A stretch of 64,000 nucleotides of DNA. Origin: Octopus sinensis (taxonomy: Eukaryota). This document shows, piece by piece, positions 27,780 through 39,375 of this stretch. The notes below the pieces were generated by a model. It made no database searches, was not told where the DNA came from, and saw only the letters and a list, made by a program, of their open reading frames with translations. Location: the NCBI RefSeq assembly GCF_006345805.1, contig NC_042999.1, positions 147,870,001-147,934,000 of the forward strand. Reading direction: 5' to 3'. Numbering within the stretch: the first letter of the stretch is position 1; every line of letters starts with the position of its first letter. The translations under genes and the position numbers were made by a program.

Positions 27780-28310
27780 AGGCTCTACATTTTGGAGAGA
27801 GAGCCAGTTAATTAGATCGACCACAGTATGCAACTGGTACTTAATTTATTGACCCCAGAAGGACGAAAGAGAAAGTCGACCTCAGTGGAATTTGAACTCA
27901 GAACGTAACGGCAGACGAAATACCGATTTCTTTACTATCCACAAGGGGCCAAACACACAGAGGACAAACAAGGACAGACAAACGGATTAAGTCGATTATA
28001 TCGACTCCAGTGCGTAACTGGTACTTATTTAATCGACCCCGAAAGGATAAAAGGCAATGTCGACCTCGGCGGAATTTGAACTCAGAACGTAGCGGCAGAC
28101 GAAATACCTATTTCTTTACTACCCACAAGGAGTTAAGCACAGAGGGCACGAACAAGGAAATACAAACGGATTAAGTCGATTATATCGACACCAGTGCGTA
28201 ACTGGTACTTATTTAATCGACCCCGAAAGGATGAAAGACAAAGTCGACCTCGGCGGAATTTGAACTCAGAATGTAAAGACAGACGAAATACCGCTAAGCA
28301 TTTCAGCCGT
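27780..28310 (-). mobile_element. Meta-like SINE (family 2) tandem array, 184-bp period
   Basis: GAAATACC recurs at 27917, 28101 and 28285. Confidence 0.9.
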
Positions 28311-28349
28311 AATAAAATGTTAACAGATTACCTTTTAAATATTAACCTT

Positions 28350-28702
28350 TTGCCTTTTACTGGCTTCAGTCATTGCACTGCAGCCATGCTAGGGCAACAG
28401 CTTGAAGGTTTGGTTTTAGTCGAAAAAAAATCAACCCCAGTACTTACGACTTTTCTTATTTTTGCATTCCTTTTCTAAGTCTGGTATTTATTCTAAACGG
28501 TCCTATGTTACAGGAACATAGACACACAAGCAAATCAGCAATAGTTGCCAATTGTAGAGATGTGAAACACAGGCACAAAGACACACACACTCACAAGTCT
28601 TTCTACGGCTACAGTAGAAGGTACTTGGCCAAGGTGCAGCGCATTAGAAGTCGACCCTAAACAACATGCTTGCAAAGCGAGTATTTTAACCACATCACCA
28701 TG
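28350..28702 (-). mobile_element. Diverged CORE-type SINE (family 1) whose head abuts the dynein ATG
   Basis: + strand ttcagtcattgcactgcagccatgct...gccaaggtgc...ttgcaaagcgagtattttaaccacatcaccatg parallels the other minus-strand copies. Confidence 0.75.
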
Positions 28703-29341
28703 AACTTACTGTTTGAAGCTGCTGACCTTGAGCAAGCCTCACCAGCCACAGTGAGCAGATGTGGAATGATCTACATGGAACCTGAAGAAATGGGATGGAG
28801 GCCCTTCAAGCAATCCTACATGGACTATGAACTCCCAGACCATCTAGAACTTGCTCACAAGGAACTGATAAATGACATGTTTGAGTGGCTCATGCCACCC
28901 ACCCTCTACTTTGTACAACATAAATGCCGACTCCTCCTCAGAGTATCCGACATGCAACTTATTTACTCCTTCCTGAGCATGTATACGTGCTTGATGGATG
29001 AAATCAGGGACTCCGACAAAGATGCTGAGGGTGGAAAAACCTTGACAAGTCAACAGATATTCCTCTGGCTCCAAAATCTGTTCCTCTTTTGTACGGTGTG
29101 GGCCATTGGAGGCATAACATCCACTGAATCTCGTAAGAGCTTTGATGAGTACTTCAGGACCCTTATAAGTGGCACAGATTCTAAGCATCCAAAACCTAAA
29201 AGTTGTAAAATCACCAAGAGTAATGCATTCCCTGAAAGAGGAACAGTGTTTGAATATTGTTTTGAGAAAAAGGGTTCTGGTAACTGGGTAAGCTGGATGG
29301 ATACCCAAGACAAAGGAGTGCAGTCAATCACGTACGTCTAA
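28700..29341 (+). CDS. DNAH3: Axonemal dynein heavy chain segment (end of AAA2 and following linker), DNAH3-like; probable exon with donor at 29332 (AC/GTACGT)
   Basis: FEAADLEQASPATVSRCGMIYMEP, HKELINDMFEWL, SQQIFLWLQNLFLF and HPKPKSCKITKSNAFPERG match DNAH3 as I recall it (better than DNAH7); 213 codons with no disablement; no canonical acceptor seen. Confidence 0.85.
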   Translation: MNLLFEAADLEQASPATVSRCGMIYMEPEEMGWRPFKQSYMDYELPDHLELAHKELINDMFEWLMPPTLYFVQHKCRLLLRVSDMQLIYSFLSMYTCLMDEIRDSDKDAEGGKTLTSQQIFLWLQNLFLFCTVWAIGGITSTESRKSFDEYFRTLISGTDSKHPKPKSCKITKSNAFPERGTVFEYCFEKKGSGNWVSWMDTQDKGVQSITYV

Positions 29342-30069
29342 AGTAAAGAAATTCTGACTACAAAACCTTACAAAGTATCATGAGTAAATATATTCCCTCC
29401 AATCAGGTATTGATAAGGTAATAAACACCCAGAGAGAAGGATATACAAACTATTAGAGAATCGCATGCAAAAGGTAAACAGAGATAATAAAGACAGGAGC
29501 TTATATTAATCATTATACAGAAGTAGACCAAAACAATAGCAATCAGCTAGCAAAATATTAATAGAGATTTTTTTTTCTTTTTCATATATAGACGATTAAT
29601 CTCATCTTCTATAAAACTGCATTATGGTCTTAACATAATAGCTTTCCTTTGATCTATCATTATGAAAATCTAATAACTTCTTTTGAATAAACGTAAACTT
29701 TATCCTATCTCACCTTCTCTATCCCTCTCCCTCATTCTATATATGTGTGTGATATGTAAATTATATATACTTACATATCTCTCTATCTACCTACTTAACT
29801 ATCTATTTATCTTTCTAAATATCACTCTCCCTCCTCCCTCTCTCTCTCTCTTTCTATACACAAACACACACACACACACACAGATTGTTTTGTGTAGCTT
29901 CACAGATTTTTTTTATCTAAATGATATTTGATATATAAATGTGTGTAAGAGCGTGTGTATATATGTATACGAAAAAATTGAAAAAGACATGTATGTCTAT
30001 ACGAAATATACATGCGCACACACACGCACACCCGCGCACATATATACACACATACATACACACACATAT

Positions 30070-30104
<35 letters not shown>

Positions 30105-31212
30105 GTATGTATGTATATATTTACGTATGTATGTATATGTATATATATATATATTATATATATATATATAATATATATATATATACACCTGCATACATAC
30201 CTACGGATATGTATGTCTTCAAGGGCCATATATACGCGTGTGCGTGTGATTCAGTGTGTGTGTATGTGTGTATAGATGAAATTTATTAAATTGAAAAGTA
30301 GAAGGAAAGGTGGTGACAGCTGAATCCTACTTATCTAATGAGCTTGTAACTAGCTGAACATTGTCCAGAAATATATATCCAAAACACGACACTACAGGAG
30401 AATAGTTGTAAGTCTGAATTTAAAGAGTGGCTCTTTGCATTACTGATAAATTTATCTGACCCTCTTCAAAATTATTGCTAACTATCCAGTATCATCCACA
30501 GAAATTTAGTTGAGTAGGGACTACTAAAAGGATATTTGTCCAAGACGCCATGCGGAAGATTCTGGCATAGAAATGCGTTTAAATACATTGCATAAAAAGA
30601 CACAGCCACACATACAATTTCTAAGCACTAAAGAATGATATGCAATATTATTTATATATTCATACTGGTGGTCACATTTGATTAGTATTCATTTGCCATT
30701 TCAGATGGATTGCTTGGACCAAAACTACTCTTTTACGCTAATTGTTCCTGTCTTCCAAGACATTTTTGAAGCCTTCTATTTATAATTCCTCATCATGCGA
30801 AAATTGATCCAAGGTATGGTATTCCGAGTTTATCCGACAGGGGAATTTCCATGGCTCGGGTTCCACAGAAACACAATCAATAATTTTTGTTTGGATAGCA
30901 GTAACCTGCATATCTTTTCCTCCGCTCAGGAATGATTGATGATATTTGGGGGATATTTCAATAAAGTTTTTTTTCGTTGTATGGTGTTTCCATGAACTGT
31001 TGAAAATAGTACGCAGCATACACGAAAACTTGCTTTCTATCTTTTTTGTCAGACTCCATGATGAACGGTAAAGAAGAACGGATACTACTATGACTCTGAA
31101 TGTTGAAGCGGTGAATGTACGCTAATATTATTGCATTTATTGAATGAATTGTGTAACTTCCAATGTAATGTGAAATAAATGACGTTCGTTTACGGAAACG
31201 TATGTGACATTG

Positions 31213-31243
<31 letters not shown>

Positions 31244-31309
31244 GGGCAGACAGACAGACAGACATACAGACAGACAGATAGATAGACAGACACAGAGACA
31301 CATACACAC

Positions 31310-31405
<96 letters not shown>

Positions 31406-31414
31406 GGTTGAAAC

Positions 31415-31530
31415 TCACAGAAAAACAAAAGAGGTGTTTTAGTCTGACGCTCGGGAAAGTGAGAAAGTCTTTTACGTTTCGAGCCTACGCTCTCCAACAG
31501 AAAGGAATAAGAGAAAATAAACAGAGAGAA
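31415..31530 (-). mobile_element. Short hammerhead-bearing repeat, U6-core family
   Basis: Minus strand CTTT-CTGTTGG-A-GAGC-GTAG-GCTC-GAAA-CG-TA-AAAG at 31469-31504. Confidence 0.75.
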
Positions 31531-31814
31531 TACAGATAGATAGACAGACAGACAGACAGATAGATAGCTACATACATACATACATACATACATACATACA
31601 TACATACATACATACATACATACATACATGCATACATACATACATACATACATACATACATACATACATACATACGTACATACATACGCACATACATACA
31701 TAAATACATACGTACGTACATACGTACATACATACATATACACATACATACATACATGCATACATACATATTTATGTACCCTATATATGCATATATGTGT
31801 AAATATATATATAT

Positions 31815-32420
31815 ACAGGTTGCGATGTATAAACTGTATTCTAAATTTCGCAAAAATTAAAATAACACTGACAACTCATTTTAACAGACATATTTATCAA
31901 AATTACATAAAAATATCTTGAAATACTAAAGAGTGAATTTCTCCACTAAAATCGTCATTGGGTTCAACCATGCCTAAAGACCACTTCGGAATCTCCTGCA
32001 ACTCTTCTGGACGGTCTCATCTTTTTGTTGATCTCTCGTTACAAGAAGTATTGTTGGTATCTCGCTCAATTCTGCCCCAGACATAATAATAAATGGGGTT
32101 GCAGACTGGGGAGTTAGGTGGCCAGATGTTAGGGGTGACGTGGTCTCAGAAATTGCGTGAGCTATGACTGGGTCCTCCTGTATTGCTGGCAAGGTGTAGA
32201 GTCCTTTTGCCAGACATAGGGTCTTCCAGCAGAGTCCCTCTCGACATAGGGCAGCACTACCTCCTCCAGACACTTGATGTAGGCTTAAGTTTTGAGTCCG
32301 AGGCCGTGTGGGAAGATGAATGAAGGCGTAACATCACCATTACTAGTGATCACTCCAAACACGATGGTGTTGACTGGATGTTCGTATTGGAGCTGCCGGC
32401 ACGAGTGCCAAGAAGTACAG
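31815..32420 (-). mobile_element. 3' remnant of a Tc1/mariner superfamily transposase (maT/DD37D-like)
   Basis: Minus strand VFGVITSNGDV.PSFIFPHG, AYIKCLEEVVLP..GRPYVWQKDS, NSP.CNP.YYYVWG, ETVQKSCRRFRS; frameshifted. Confidence 0.82.
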
Positions 32421-32620
32421 CATGTCGTTCCCAAATTTCTGACAGAGAGAATTGCGTCATTGTGCTTTTTTCCTCACAGACGGTGCCCAACTGATTCTAT
32501 TATTCTTTGTAGTCGACAAAATCAAAGCAATCAAATTGCATGCACGAAATTAAGAATACAATTTACCCATTGCATCCTTCATGTACGTACACACACACAC
32601 ACACTCACACACACACACAC

Positions 32621-32653
<33 letters not shown>

Positions 32654-32659
32654 CATGTA

Positions 32660-32825
32660 TGTATATGGAGAATTCTCAAAAAAAACAAAAGACAAAGACA
32701 GGTGGTGTAGACAAGAAACAGATGTATTAGTATAACGCACAGGCAGTGAAAAAGTCTTTAACGTTTCGAGCCTACGCTCTTCCACAGAAAGGAATACAAA
32801 AAGAAATAAGGAGAGAAAATAAAGA
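32660..32825 (-). mobile_element. Short hammerhead-bearing repeat, U6-core family
   Basis: Minus strand CTTT-CTGTGGA-A-GAGC-GTAG-GCTC-GAAA-CG-TT-AAAG at 32756-32791. Confidence 0.8.
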
Positions 32826-33662
32826 ATGTGTAGTGGCTAGCGATTTATCATGGCGAATATATATTTTAGTGGAACAAATCGACCCTAGTACTTACTTTTT
32901 AAAAGCATTGTTTCTTTTGCATATCCACTAATTTGCAGGGACGTAAGTACACCGACACCGGTTGTCAAGAGGGGTCAAACACAGGCACAAACACACACAC
33001 ATATACATGTATTTTTCTATACACACAGCGACACGCACACGCTCACAAACAGAAAGACATACACACATAAATAATAATAAAGTGTATGGAGACTTGTACA
33101 TCGACAAAATATATTTCATATAATGATCTACACATGTTTCCACTGCAGCGACTACTCACTGTTGCAAATGCAGTCTTGCAACATTGTTGGTGCAGCTTCA
33201 TTAGTGTTCATTTCGTTCTCGAAATGAACTGGTTGAAATAAATTTTTGTGCTCTGTGTGAGTGTTGTTATTTTTAGGTATGTGTCGCTGACCTAAACTTC
33301 GCCCCAATCGCCGTCCAAAGTAAGGGCTTGGTCTAAAAATAGGTTAAGGATGATATTGCTGTCCTTGTAAGGTTCCTTACCCGTCTTAATAGTTGTTTGC
33401 GTTACATTTAATTTCGAGTGTAATGTTTCTATTAAAGGGTGCTTGTTTGTTCATTGCCTAAGAACCCAGCCAAAGCAGTCAATGGTAAAGTTGGTGTGTC
33501 ATTGTGTTCGTGCGTGCGCGCGTATTTGTGTTTGTGTGTGTATGTATGTGTTTTACCAAGATGCAATGTACAGTTTTATATTTAAGAGATGAGGAATTAT
33601 GTACATTATGTACATTATTTAGATTTGACGGATATTTGTCCTCATTCATCTTGCTTGTTGTT

Positions 33663-33705
33663 AACAACGTTTCGGCTAATATACCCTCCAGCCTTCATCG
33701 GGTGT
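33663..33705 (-). ncRNA. Degenerate hammerhead motif next to a (TTA)n tract
   Basis: Minus strand ACAC-CCGATGA-A-GGCT-GGAGGGTATATT-AGCC-GAAA-CG-TT-GT; U4 changed to C, helix I reduced. Confidence 0.55.
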
Positions 33706-33757
33706 CTTGGCGAAATTTCGAATCTGGGTTCTCATTCCTAAGGTATTTTTCGATGTT

Positions 33758-33803
<46 letters not shown>

Positions 33804-33907
33804 TATTATTATTATTCTATATTTGACTTTTGCTTTGTATTTGTACAAGTTGGCTCCAAGTCTCACCCAGAGACCTCAAGAGACAACAGGGTTGGAAGTT
33901 CATGTTG

Positions 33908-33965
<58 letters not shown>

Positions 33966-34614
33966 GTAGTTATTATTTAGAGTGCGTACTGCTTTTATAT
34001 TTTTCTCTCTTAGTAAATAAACACTTTGAATTTCATATTTTTTTCTTAAATCTTTATTGTTATAGAGAAGAAGAGGTAATTTTCCCTAAGTTCGAAATTT
34101 TAAATTACTATTCCTCAAAGTAGAAACTCCATGGCTACAACTTGAAAATTCAGATCAATTATTTCCTTCAATTATAAAAGATGTCCTATCAACTAAAGCT
34201 GATTATATTATTTTAACACGATTTAACTTCGTGCATTAACGCACATTTACTCCTGATTAAGGAAAGCCTTTGATCAAATGCACTGCAGATATAACCATTC
34301 ATTATCCATTTTGTTTTCAGATTTTATGTATCAAGAAGTATATTACAAGATACATCATCTTGTTTTTAAGATAGTAAGTTTTATTTTGAGGCGGATATAT
34401 TTCCTAATTTTTATAGACCAGGCCACTAAGAAGAAGTTGCGTTCATTAGCTCGTGCTCTCACACCCTGAATGGATCTTGAATCCAGTGTTTATTTCGTAT
34501 TCGTAGATCTGTCAATGAAACCATAAAAACGATTTTTCTTCTTTTATACATGCACTTTGACATGTTGAAGCTATGAACGAAACATGATTTTATATTCGTC
34601 ACGTTATTTGATTC

Positions 34615-34986
34615 ATCGTTCCACACCGTCGGTTAAGACGACAAGGGTTCCAGTTGATCCGATCAGCAGAACAGCCTGCTCGTAAAATTAACGTGCAAGT
34701 GGCTGACCGCTCAACAGACTCGTGTACCTTTAACGTAGTTCTCGGGGAGATTCAGCGTGACACAGATAGTGAAAAGGTTGGGCCCTTTGAAATACAGGTA
34801 CAACAGAAACGGGAAGAAAGATTGAGAGAAAGTTGTGGCGAAAGAATACAGCAAGGTTCGCCACCACCCCCTGCCTGATTCTCATGGAGCTTTAGGTGTT
34901 TTCGCTCAATAAACACTCACAACGCCCGGTCTGGGAATTGAAACCGCGAGTCAGCTGCCCTAAACACTAGGCCATTGTGCCCCCAC
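34615..34986 (-). mobile_element. tRNA-derived SINE (family 3 head, different 3' body)
   Basis: Shares taggtgttt..ctc...aaacac..aca.cgcccggtctg.ga.t.gaaaccgcga...taaacactaggccat with the copy at 13356-13640. Confidence 0.8.
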
Positions 34987-35469
34987 TATTAGATTCATAT
35001 ATTGACACTATTGTCACAAATGCTGTGTCAAATTTCTTAATTCATTCATGCAAAACAACTGTTTGGTGACATTAAAATGACGACAGCTGATATATCATTG
35101 CAGATTAATCATATTTCATAATTGAATCTGACGCCAAATCCAGATAAGACGACTTTGCCTTTCATCCTTTTGGAGTCATTGAAATAGGAACCAGTTGATC
35201 ACCGAAGTTGCTGTAACCGACTTATCCACTCCCTCGAAACTGTTGGCATTGTGCCAAAATTTGAAACCAATATTTGAATCTGGTGAGCAATGTGCTAGAT
35301 GAAAATATTTAGATATATACATTTAGATATGTCATTAGCTTAGTTAAGCAGTGCGACCTAATGGTTGAGATATCGTGCCCATAATCATGGAGTCTCGGGT
35401 ACGATTACTGGATTGGACTGTGCGTTGTATCATTGAGCATGTAATTTTTCAGTTCACAGTGTAACTTTC

Positions 35470-35710
35470 TTCTCATCGAAGGAGAGGAGCCTTCTCCGTC
35501 CGGGTTGCGGATCCGTGGAACAAGCTGCCAGACGAGATGGTGAAGATGCCGACGACCGCTTTGTTCAAAGCCTCCCTGGACCTCAAGTGGCCTGAACTCT
35601 TTACATGAACACCACCCTGTACTTAACTCCATGTCCCCCTACATGGCCTTGCTATTTGCTTTTGAGCCAAATTAACTAACTAACTAACTAACTACTAACT
35701 AACTAACTCA
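35470..35710 (+). mobile_element. CR1-clade LINE 3' end with (ACTA)n tail
   Basis: RRRGAFSVRVADPWNKLPDEMVKMPTTALFKASLDLKW, a typical CR1 ORF2 C-terminus, followed by a 3' UTR and tandem tail. Confidence 0.87.
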
Positions 35711-36854
35711 TCTGAAATAAGTACCAGCTTAATATTTTGCATTCTTTTCTCTAATCCAGCAATCACCTCCTCCACATTCCATTCTAAGGGATAGGGAAAC
35801 TGAGAGAGCATCTATGGTTTCGACTACGTTGGAGCGTAAGACAACTCGCGTAAGCATTGTACATGCTGCCAAATCATTGTCATTTACGAGAATGTTGTAT
35901 ATATTTTCTTAAAATCTAAACACTAATTGCCTTCAAATAATGCGACTGTTACAAATGAAGTCAAATTAATGGAGAGAGAGGCTTTAATTAACAAAACCCA
36001 ACAACAGATTGATTTTATGAACTAAAAATGACTTCCAATATGGTAAATTTTATTTAAGTTAATATAGTGCGTCGTTCGTGCATGAAATTACTAACCTAAC
36101 TTTATAACTGATGGGATTTCGAATTTGAACTCAGAACATATAGGTAGGACAAGTCATCTCGTGCGGTGCAGTACTGATTCTGTGTTTTCGCATTAAGAAT
36201 ATCCGCATGGATTCAATGTCATACAAATGTAAAGCTGTTATTCTAAGACCAAATCTTTTGACATTAGCGTTTGTTTGTTCGACTCTGTGACTTGTTGTAG
36301 AAGGCATTTAAAGCTGTTGCTGTCATATTTCTATTGCCGCTTGGCTGAATGAATGATTAACTCTGAAAGCAACTTCAACATCACAGATACAAATCTAATT
36401 CATGTACAAAATATGACAATTGATTCGTTATTAATACGCAATAACACACTGGTTTTATAATTGAGTTGTCATAACATATAGCCCAGCATATTGATGGTCT
36501 TCAGTTATATTTGCAACAATCATTACTGTGTGAAACAGAGTTTTATTTTAATCACTATTTTGGAAGAAATTATGCTATTATTTGTATTGTTAGTGTTGTT
36601 TTTGTTGTTGGTGTTACAGTTGCTGATGATGATAATGATGATGATGATGATGATGCCGTTTGATTGTTGTTTGGTTGTTGGCTGTGATAAAGAGGAGTAG
36701 GAAAAGTGTAAGGAAAATGCTGAAAGCGATGATAATGATGGAGAATTGTCGTTTGTGCTGACGGTTATGGTGATGATAAAGCGTAGAGGGAAGATAATGA
36801 TGTTGATGGAAGGCATAATCATCAAGCAGGGAGAGGATGGGGAATAACAGTGGT

Positions 36855-37270
36855 GTAAATAACAAGGTTTAAGATAATGATGATGGCGATGAGGATGAGG
36901 GGGGAAAAGGAAGAAAGAGGAGGAGAGGAAGAAGAAGAAGAAGAAGAAGGAAGGGGAGGAGGATGAGAAAAAGAAGAAGGAGGAGAGGAGAATCAGGAGA
37001 AGGTGGAAGAGGAGGTGGAAGAGAAGGAGGAAGAGGAGGATGAGGAGAAGGAAAAGGAGGAAGAGGACAAGAAGAAGGAATAAGTGGAAGTAGAGAAGGA
37101 ATATGAGGAAGAGGGGAAAGAGATGGTGGAAGGGGAGAAGAAAAATGAGAAAGAAGAGGAAGGAGATGATAAGAAGAATAGGAGGAAGCAGAGAAGAAGG
37201 AATAGGAGCAAAAAGGGAAGGAGGAGAACGTGGAAGAGAAGGAGGAGGGGCGGAAGAGGTGGGGGAGGGG
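36855..37270. repeat. Polypurine (GAR/GGA)-rich low-complexity tract
   Basis: Direct reading; nearly all A/G on the + strand. Confidence 0.9.
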
Positions 37271-37828
37271 GACTGAAGCTGTTTTTGTTGTAGTTGTGGT
37301 GGGATATAAACATCTGCTACTCGGAGTTCAGTTTGGTCCATTCAATTTCATTCATATCTTTCGTTTGTTTGCTTTTTTTCTCATTTTAGTTTGTTGCTGT
37401 TGATGATGCTGTTGTTGCTATTACTCTAGATTTTGTTTACTATGTGTTATTGGTGGCGTCGAAGTCGTCCCCTTTGCCATTGAATCTGTGACTTTAGGAG
37501 TGATGTCATTGATGGATCTGATTGTGATCGTGATCGTCATATATCGACCTCACTGCACTGCTCCAAATGTCCTAGCTATCCTGTTTAGAGTGAGGACCGT
37601 GCACTGCTTGGGACCCTACTTCTACATTGGGTCTCAAACATCACCGGGGCAAACTTTCAGTTCGTTGCATTGTAATGGTACGAGGTGTCAAGGAAGAAAA
37701 ACATCTAATCGCAAACTAGGGTTCTTTAAGCCAGTTGTATCAACCCCTTACAAATTTGTGCGTTTGTATCAGAATAAAAACTGGTTCATGAATGGGTGTA
37801 AACACTGAGTCACATACATATATTTAAT

Positions 37829-38238
37829 AAGAGTGGTTGATTGGTAAGTAGCTTGCTTACCAACCACATAGTTCCGGGTGCAGTCCCACTGCATGGCACC
37901 TTGGGCAAGTGTCTTCTACTATAGCCTCGGGCCGACCAAAGCCTTGTGAGTGGATTTGGTAGACGGAAACTGAAAGAAGCCCGTCGTATATATGTATATA
38001 TATATATGTGTGTGTGTGTGTGTATGTTTGTGTGTCTGTGTTTGTCCCCCCAACATCGCTTGACAACCGATGCTGGTGTGTCTACGTCCCCGTAACTTAG
38101 CGGTTCGGCAAAAGAGAGCGATAGAATAAGTACTAGGCTTACAAAGAATAAGTCCTGTAGTCGATTTGCTCGACTAAAGGCGGTGCTCCAGCATGGCCAC
38201 AGTCTAGTGACTGAAACAAGTAAAAGAGCAAAAGAGTA
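37829..38238 (+). mobile_element. CORE-type SINE (family 1), near full length
   Basis: Head TGGTAAGTAGC...CCGGGTGCAGTCCC, GCACCTTGGGCAAGTG, tail (AAAAGAG)n. Confidence 0.93.
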
Positions 38239-38373
38239 TATTGTTCATGATATGATTTAATAACCATCCTGATTTACAGAACAGTGTCTAAACAACACGG
38301 CATTACTAGAACTTGAAATGGTGACTGCACAGACTAATTTCAGACTTATCAGCTATCATTTACCTCACACATA

Positions 38374-38774
38374 TCTATATATATAAAAGAGAAGTTGTGT
38401 GGTGTCTGTCTCCTACGATTTAGATTCCTAACTACTCCCACATTTTGCGGTGCAGTTTAACCAAAAGCGGGTATCTTATAGTCGTGATTCATATCGAGCC
38501 CTTCTGGGTATTAGCGCGCGTCTACGATGAGTCTACGATTTAGAACAAAAATTACCTTCATTTTTTCCATTTTTAATGCATTTTTTTGCTATTATATAAG
38601 GGAAGTAACTCTCTAAAAATGTCTACGATGAGTACGATTTTAAAAATAATTTACCATAATTTTTTTCCATTTTTAATACATTTTTTTGCTATTATATAAG
38701 GGAAATAACTCTCTAAAAATGCTTATATAGTTATTTCCCTTACAAACCCGAGCAACGCCGGGCGATACTGCTAG
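38374..38774 (+). mobile_element. Non-autonomous Helitron
   Basis: Starts TC after an A; ends with hairpin CCCG-AGCAACGC-CGGG then CTAG before a T; internal duplication of about 100 bp; no TSD. Confidence 0.85.
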
Positions 38775-38940
38775 TAACTGATAATACTGTAATTATCCAT
38801 TAACCGAGCTGTTTTAGCAACGTAGATATTTATTCTGAGTCGTTAAAGTCGTACAGGAGTCGTGCCACTCGCAAACTTGTTAATAAATTTTCTTAGTTTG
38901 AAGTCACTTTATATGTGTATAGTATCATTTGCTACGCTAT

Positions 38941-39149
38941 TTACTCTTTACTCTTTTACTTGTTTCAGTCATTTGACTGTGGCCATGCTGGAGCACCGCC
39001 TTTAGTCGAGCAAATCGACTCCAGGACTTATTCTTTTTAAGCCTAAAACTTATTCTATCGGTCTCTTTTGCTTAACAGCTAAGTTACGGGGACGTAAACA
39101 AACCACCATCGGTTGTCAAGCGATGTTGGGGGGACAAACACAAACATAT

Positions 39150-39210
<61 letters not shown>

Positions 39211-39375
39211 CAACGGGCTTCTTTCAGTTTCCGTCTACCAAATCCACTCACAAGGCTTTGGTCGACCCGAGGCTGTAGTAGAAGACACTTGCCCAAGGTG
39301 CCACGCAGTGGGAATGAACCCGGAACCATGTTGGGTGGTAAGCAAGCTACTTACCACACAACCACTCCTGGGCCT
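38941..39375 (-). mobile_element. CORE-type SINE (family 1), full length
   Basis: Reverse-complement homolog of 37829-38238. Confidence 0.93.

Noticed and set aside
30680-30785. Acceptor-like catttcag downstream of the DNAH3 segment
   Set aside because: The frame continuing the phase-2 donor stops after about 12 codons, and no frame resembles the expected next DNAH3 peptide.
36523-37341. 272-aa and acidic/basic ORFs over the polypurine tract
   Set aside because: Low-complexity simple sequence; no splice signals or recognisable motifs.
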